From an uncultured Flavobacteriaceae bacterium (GTDB lineage: Bacteria > Bacteroidota > Bacteroidia > Flavobacteriales > Flavobacteriaceae): a DNA stretch of 64,000 bases. The notes below the pieces were generated by a model, which was given only the letters and a program-made list of their open reading frames with translations, was not told where the DNA came from and searched no databases. Where the stretch lies: contig CALSLW010000002.1 in NCBI GenBank assembly GCA_943787295.1, positions 212,189 to 276,188 of the forward strand, given 5' to 3'. Below, piece by piece: positions 60,477-64,000 of this stretch. The translations under genes were made by a program, and so were the position numbers. Positions within the stretch are counted from its first letter, which is position 1, and every line of letters begins with the position of its first letter.

Positions 60477-63305
60477 ATGTTTGCGAACAGACATTTAGGT
60501 CCTAATGAAAAAGAAATTGCTCAAATGGTCAAGACCATTGGAGTGAATGATGTTGCTCAACTAATTGACGAAACCATCCCTAGCGACATTCGCTTAAAAG
60601 AAACGCTAGCGCTCCCAGAGGGCATTTCTGAATATGCTTTCCAAAAGAAAATTCAACAGTTAGCGCAAAAGAACAAGTTGTTTGCCAACTATATTGGCAT
60701 GGGGTATCACCCTGCAATTGTTCCCGCTGTTATACAACGCAATATTCTTGAAAATCCAGGATGGTATACCGCCTACACGCCTTATCAAGCAGAGATTGCG
60801 CAAGGGCGTTTAGAAGCTTTATTCAATTATCAGACTGTTGTTTCAGATTTAACTGGCATGGATCTGGCGAATGCCTCTTTATTAGATGAAAGTACCGCAG
60901 CTGCAGAAGCGATGAGTTTACTTTTTGCGGTAAGAACCAGAGAGCAAAAGAAACGTAATAGTCATCGCTTTTTTGTCGCTTCTTCTACCCTGCCACAAAC
61001 CATCGCTTTACTCAATACTAGAGCAACCCCTATTGGGGTGGAAATTGTCGTGGGCGATATTGAACAATATGAACTAGACGAAACCTATTTTGGTGCTCTT
61101 TTTCAATATCCTGGAAAAAACGGAAACATCATCGACCTAGCTGCACATGCTAAAAAAGCGCAAGCCCTAGAAATAAAAACAGTCGTGGCAGCAGATTTAT
61201 TTGCCTTGACCTTGCTAGAAGCTCCTGCAAAATATGATGTTGACGCTGTTGTGGGCACTACGCAACGCTTTGGCATTCCACTAGGTTATGGGGGGCCACA
61301 CGCGGCATATTTTGCGACAAAAGAAGCTTATAAAAGAAATATCCCTGGTCGTATTATCGGTCAAACAAGAGATATGGAAGGAAAGCCTGCCCTGCGTATG
61401 GCGCTTCAAACCAGAGAACAACATATCAAAAGAGACCGTGCTACTTCAAATATCTGTACCGCCCAAGTTTTACTCGCTGTCATGGCAGGGATGTATGCTG
61501 TGTATCACGGTCCCGAGGGTTTAAAAAATATCGCTTTAGACATTCATGAAAAGGCAAAAAAACTTGAAGTCGCTCTAGATAGTATCGGGATTGAACAAAG
61601 CAATACCCATTACTTTGACACTTTACAGATCAAAGTCGATGCGGAAAAATTGCAAAAAATCGCCCTGGATAATGAAATCAATTTATTTTATCCAGACAAT
61701 CAAACGGCTTGTATCTCCCTTAACGAAGCGACGACTGAGGAGGACTTCACTGCGCTTATCAATGTATTTGAAACGTATACCGGCAAAACAGCAGCCGTAA
61801 TCATTAATAATGAAAATCGTTTGCCTAGCGCGCAGTTACGCCAAAGCAACTACATGACCCATCCGGTTTTTAGTTCCTACCATTCTGAGTCGGCTTTGAT
61901 GCGCTACATCAAAAAATTAGAGCGAAAAGATCTGGCCTTGAATCATTCGATGATTTCTTTAGGATCGTGTACCATGAAACTCAATGCTGCAAGTGAAATG
62001 CTCCCTTTAAGCTCCACACAGTGGAATAGCTTGCACCCTTTTGCACCCTTAGATCAAGTAAAGGGATATCAAGAAGTCTTAGAAAACCTTACCCACCAAT
62101 TAAACATCGTGACTGGTTTTGCTGCTACTTCTTTGCAACCCAACTCTGGCGCGCAAGGAGAATATGCCGGTTTAATGGTGATTAGAGCCTATCATCAATC
62201 GCGTAATGATCACCACAGAAATGTGTGCATAATTCCAGCTTCTGCCCATGGGACTAACCCAGCATCTGCGGTGATGGCAGGGATGAAAGTTATCGTGACA
62301 AAAACAGATGAACGCGGTAATATCGACTGGGAGGACATCCAAGACAAAGCCATAGCACACAAAGACAATCTTGCGGCTTTAATGATAACTTATCCTTCTA
62401 CTCACGGGGTTTTTGAATCTAATATTAAAAATATCACCGCATTGATTCACGATAATGGTGGACAAGTTTATATGGATGGTGCTAATATGAACGCCCAGGT
62501 AGGCCTAACCAGTCCTGCGGCAATCGGTGCAGATGTTTGCCACCTTAATTTACATAAAACCTTTGCCATCCCTCACGGGGGTGGTGGACCTGGAGTAGGA
62601 CCTATTTGTGTTGCAGCACATTTAGCACCTTTTTTACCCTCTAATCCTATTATTGCAACAGGAGGAGACCACGCAATTGAGGCAATTTCTGCCGCTCCAT
62701 GGGGTTCTGCTTTGGCTTGCCTTATCTCTTATGGTTATATCGAAATGCTAGGAAGTAGTGGATTGCAAAAAGCTACTGAGATTGCGATACTAAATGCCAA
62801 CTATATCAAAGAACGACTAGACGGCGCATATCCAGTACTGTATACCGGCGACAATGGTCGTGCAGCACATGAGTTAATCATTGACTTACGTCCATTTAAA
62901 GAAAAGGGCATTGAGGTAGTCGATGTGGCGAAACGCTTGATGGATTATGGATTCCATGCCCCTACAGTTTCTTTCCCAGTGGCAGGAACCATGATGATAG
63001 AACCCACAGAAAGTGAAGATATTGCAGAAATTGATCGCTTTTGCGAAGCGATGATTTCTATCGCTGCAGAGATTGCCGAAGAAGATTTTCATGACGAAAA
63101 TAGTTTATTGAAAAATGCGCCGCATACTTTAGCCATGGCGACAGAAGACGAATGGCGATTCAACTACAGTCGCAAAAAAGCACTTTATCCACTTGAATTT
63201 GTGAAGGAAAATAAATTTTGGCCTTCCGTTAGAAGGGTAGACGAAGCCTTTGGAGATCGTAATTTGATATGCAGTTGTCCCTCCGTAGAATCTTATTCAA
63301 GTTAA
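60477..63305 (+). CDS. gcvP: Glycine dehydrogenase (decarboxylating), glycine cleavage P protein
   Basis: YTPYQAEIAQGRLE, TSNICTAQ, LGSCTMK and the PLP lysine motif HLNLHKTF. Confidence 0.98.
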   Translation: MFANRHLGPNEKEIAQMVKTIGVNDVAQLIDETIPSDIRLKETLALPEGISEYAFQKKIQQLAQKNKLFANYIGMGYHPAIVPAVIQRNILENPGWYTAYTPYQAEIAQGRLEALFNYQTVVSDLTGMDLANASLLDESTAAAEAMSLLFAVRTREQKKRNSHRFFVASSTLPQTIALLNTRATPIGVEIVVGDIEQYELDETYFGALFQYPGKNGNIIDLAAHAKKAQALEIKTVVAADLFALTLLEAPAKYDVDAVVGTTQRFGIPLGYGGPHAAYFATKEAYKRNIPGRIIGQTRDMEGKPALRMALQTREQHIKRDRATSNICTAQVLLAVMAGMYAVYHGPEGLKNIALDIHEKAKKLEVALDSIGIEQSNTHYFDTLQIKVDAEKLQKIALDNEINLFYPDNQTACISLNEATTEEDFTALINVFETYTGKTAAVIINNENRLPSAQLRQSNYMTHPVFSSYHSESALMRYIKKLERKDLALNHSMISLGSCTMKLNAASEMLPLSSTQWNSLHPFAPLDQVKGYQEVLENLTHQLNIVTGFAATSLQPNSGAQGEYAGLMVIRAYHQSRNDHHRNVCIIPASAHGTNPASAVMAGMKVIVTKTDERGNIDWEDIQDKAIAHKDNLAALMITYPSTHGVFESNIKNITALIHDNGGQVYMDGANMNAQVGLTSPAAIGADVCHLNLHKTFAIPHGGGGPGVGPICVAAHLAPFLPSNPIIATGGDHAIEAISAAPWGSALACLISYGYIEMLGSSGLQKATEIAILNANYIKERLDGAYPVLYTGDNGRAAHELIIDLRPFKEKGIEVVDVAKRLMDYGFHAPTVSFPVAGTMMIEPTESEDIAEIDRFCEAMISIAAEIAEEDFHDENSLLKNAPHTLAMATEDEWRFNYSRKKALYPLEFVKENKFWPSVRRVDEAFGDRNLICSCPSVESYSS

Positions 63306-63330
63306 TAAAAATCAGATAATTATATTTTTT

Positions 63331-63432
63331 TATCACAGGATTTAATCCGATTACAACTCGCTTGAACATCATTGACCAATTTTAAGCAGCGCGGATCGGT
63401 GAGAGGCTTGTGATATTTTTGAATAGATTAAA
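63331..63432 (+). ncRNA. Putative structured RNA, SAM-II long-loop-like variant
   Basis: Three nested stems are visible (63331-39/63407-15, 63347-52/63394-99, 63360-66/63381-87) plus GGATTTAATCCG and GAGAG motifs. The family resemblance is from memory and unverified. Confidence 0.5.
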
Positions 63433-63440
63433 CTAACCTA

Positions 63441-64000
63441 ATGAGCAACTTTATTTCTGGTACCGGAAGAGCAATTCCAAATATAGTCAAGAAAAACAGT
63501 GACTTTACGACAAGCAATTTTCTCGATGAGGAAGCCAATCCTTTCCCCAATGAAATCACAGAAATCATTCAAAAATTCTCTTCTATCACTGGCATTGAAG
63601 AGCGACGTTATGCACCAGATAATATTAATTCATCTGATTTAGCGGCAGAAGCAGGAGCCAAAGCTATAAGTGACGCAGGAATCGATAAAGAAAGCATAGA
63701 TTATATTATCGTTGCCCATAACTTTGGAGACACACCAGCAAATGCTAAACAATCTGAACCCTTACCCAGTGTTGCCTCTAAGGTTAAAACTATTCTAGGT
63801 ATTATCAACCCTAATTGTGTGGCCTATGACCTATTGTTTGGTTGCCCTGGATGGGTAGAAGGAATGATTCAAGCGAATGCATTTATCAAAGCAGGTATTG
63901 CAAAAAGATGTTTAGTCATAGGGGCAGAGACACTATCAAGAGTAGTTGATCCTGTTGATCGCGATTCGATGATTTTTGCCGATGGAGCTGGCGCCAGTAT
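63441..64000 (+). CDS. 3-oxoacyl-ACP synthase III (FabH family), truncated by the window end
   Basis: Read manually: MSNFISGTG...TGIEERRYA...AYDLLFGCPGWVEG (catalytic Cys)...GAETLSR...FADGAGA. Confidence 0.9.
   Translation, partial: MSNFISGTGRAIPNIVKKNSDFTTSNFLDEEANPFPNEITEIIQKFSSITGIEERRYAPDNINSSDLAAEAGAKAISDAGIDKESIDYIIVAHNFGDTPANAKQSEPLPSVASKVKTILGIINPNCVAYDLLFGCPGWVEGMIQANAFIKAGIAKRCLVIGAETLSRVVDPVDRDSMIFADGAGAS

Noticed and set aside
63331-63420. SRP (4.5S) RNA or 6S RNA as the identity of the gcvP-fabH hairpin
   Set aside because: It lacks the SRP helix-8 CAGG..GNRA..AGCAG apical arrangement and the usual zapA-linked 6S context. Not formally excluded without cmscan.

Overview
This is AT-rich, densely packed core-genome DNA from a Bacteroidota (Flavobacteriaceae-like) bacterium. 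The assignment rests on gldB/gldC, a short RpoD lacking region 1.1, many TAnnTTTG -7 promoter boxes and a Flavobacteria-type dcw cluster. Gene order: partial TrmH methylase, TamL/BamA, fbaA, accD, rpsO, pnp, rpoD, rpe; three tandem OmpA paralogues with thrombospondin type-3 repeats; nadA-nadB-nadC; an accessory islet around tRNA-Arg(UCG) (orphan lipoprotein, histidine phosphatase, stand-alone carboxyltransferase, MDR oxidoreductase); the dcw operon (mraZ to ftsZ, yqeY); yihA, gldCB, nadE, dnaG, rlmN, queA, aroA, radC, obgE, adk, purKE, dcp, gcvP and a partial fabH. I saw no integrase, transposase, CRISPR array or recognisable defence system. The best candidate for something undescribed is a structured RNA of about 100 nt between gcvP and fabH. 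It resembles (from memory, unverified) the Bacteroidetes long-loop SAM-II riboswitch but has a different 3' tail and an unexpected gene context. Next are the OmpA triplet and the orphan carboxyltransferase operon. All product calls come from motif recognition; no database searches were run.
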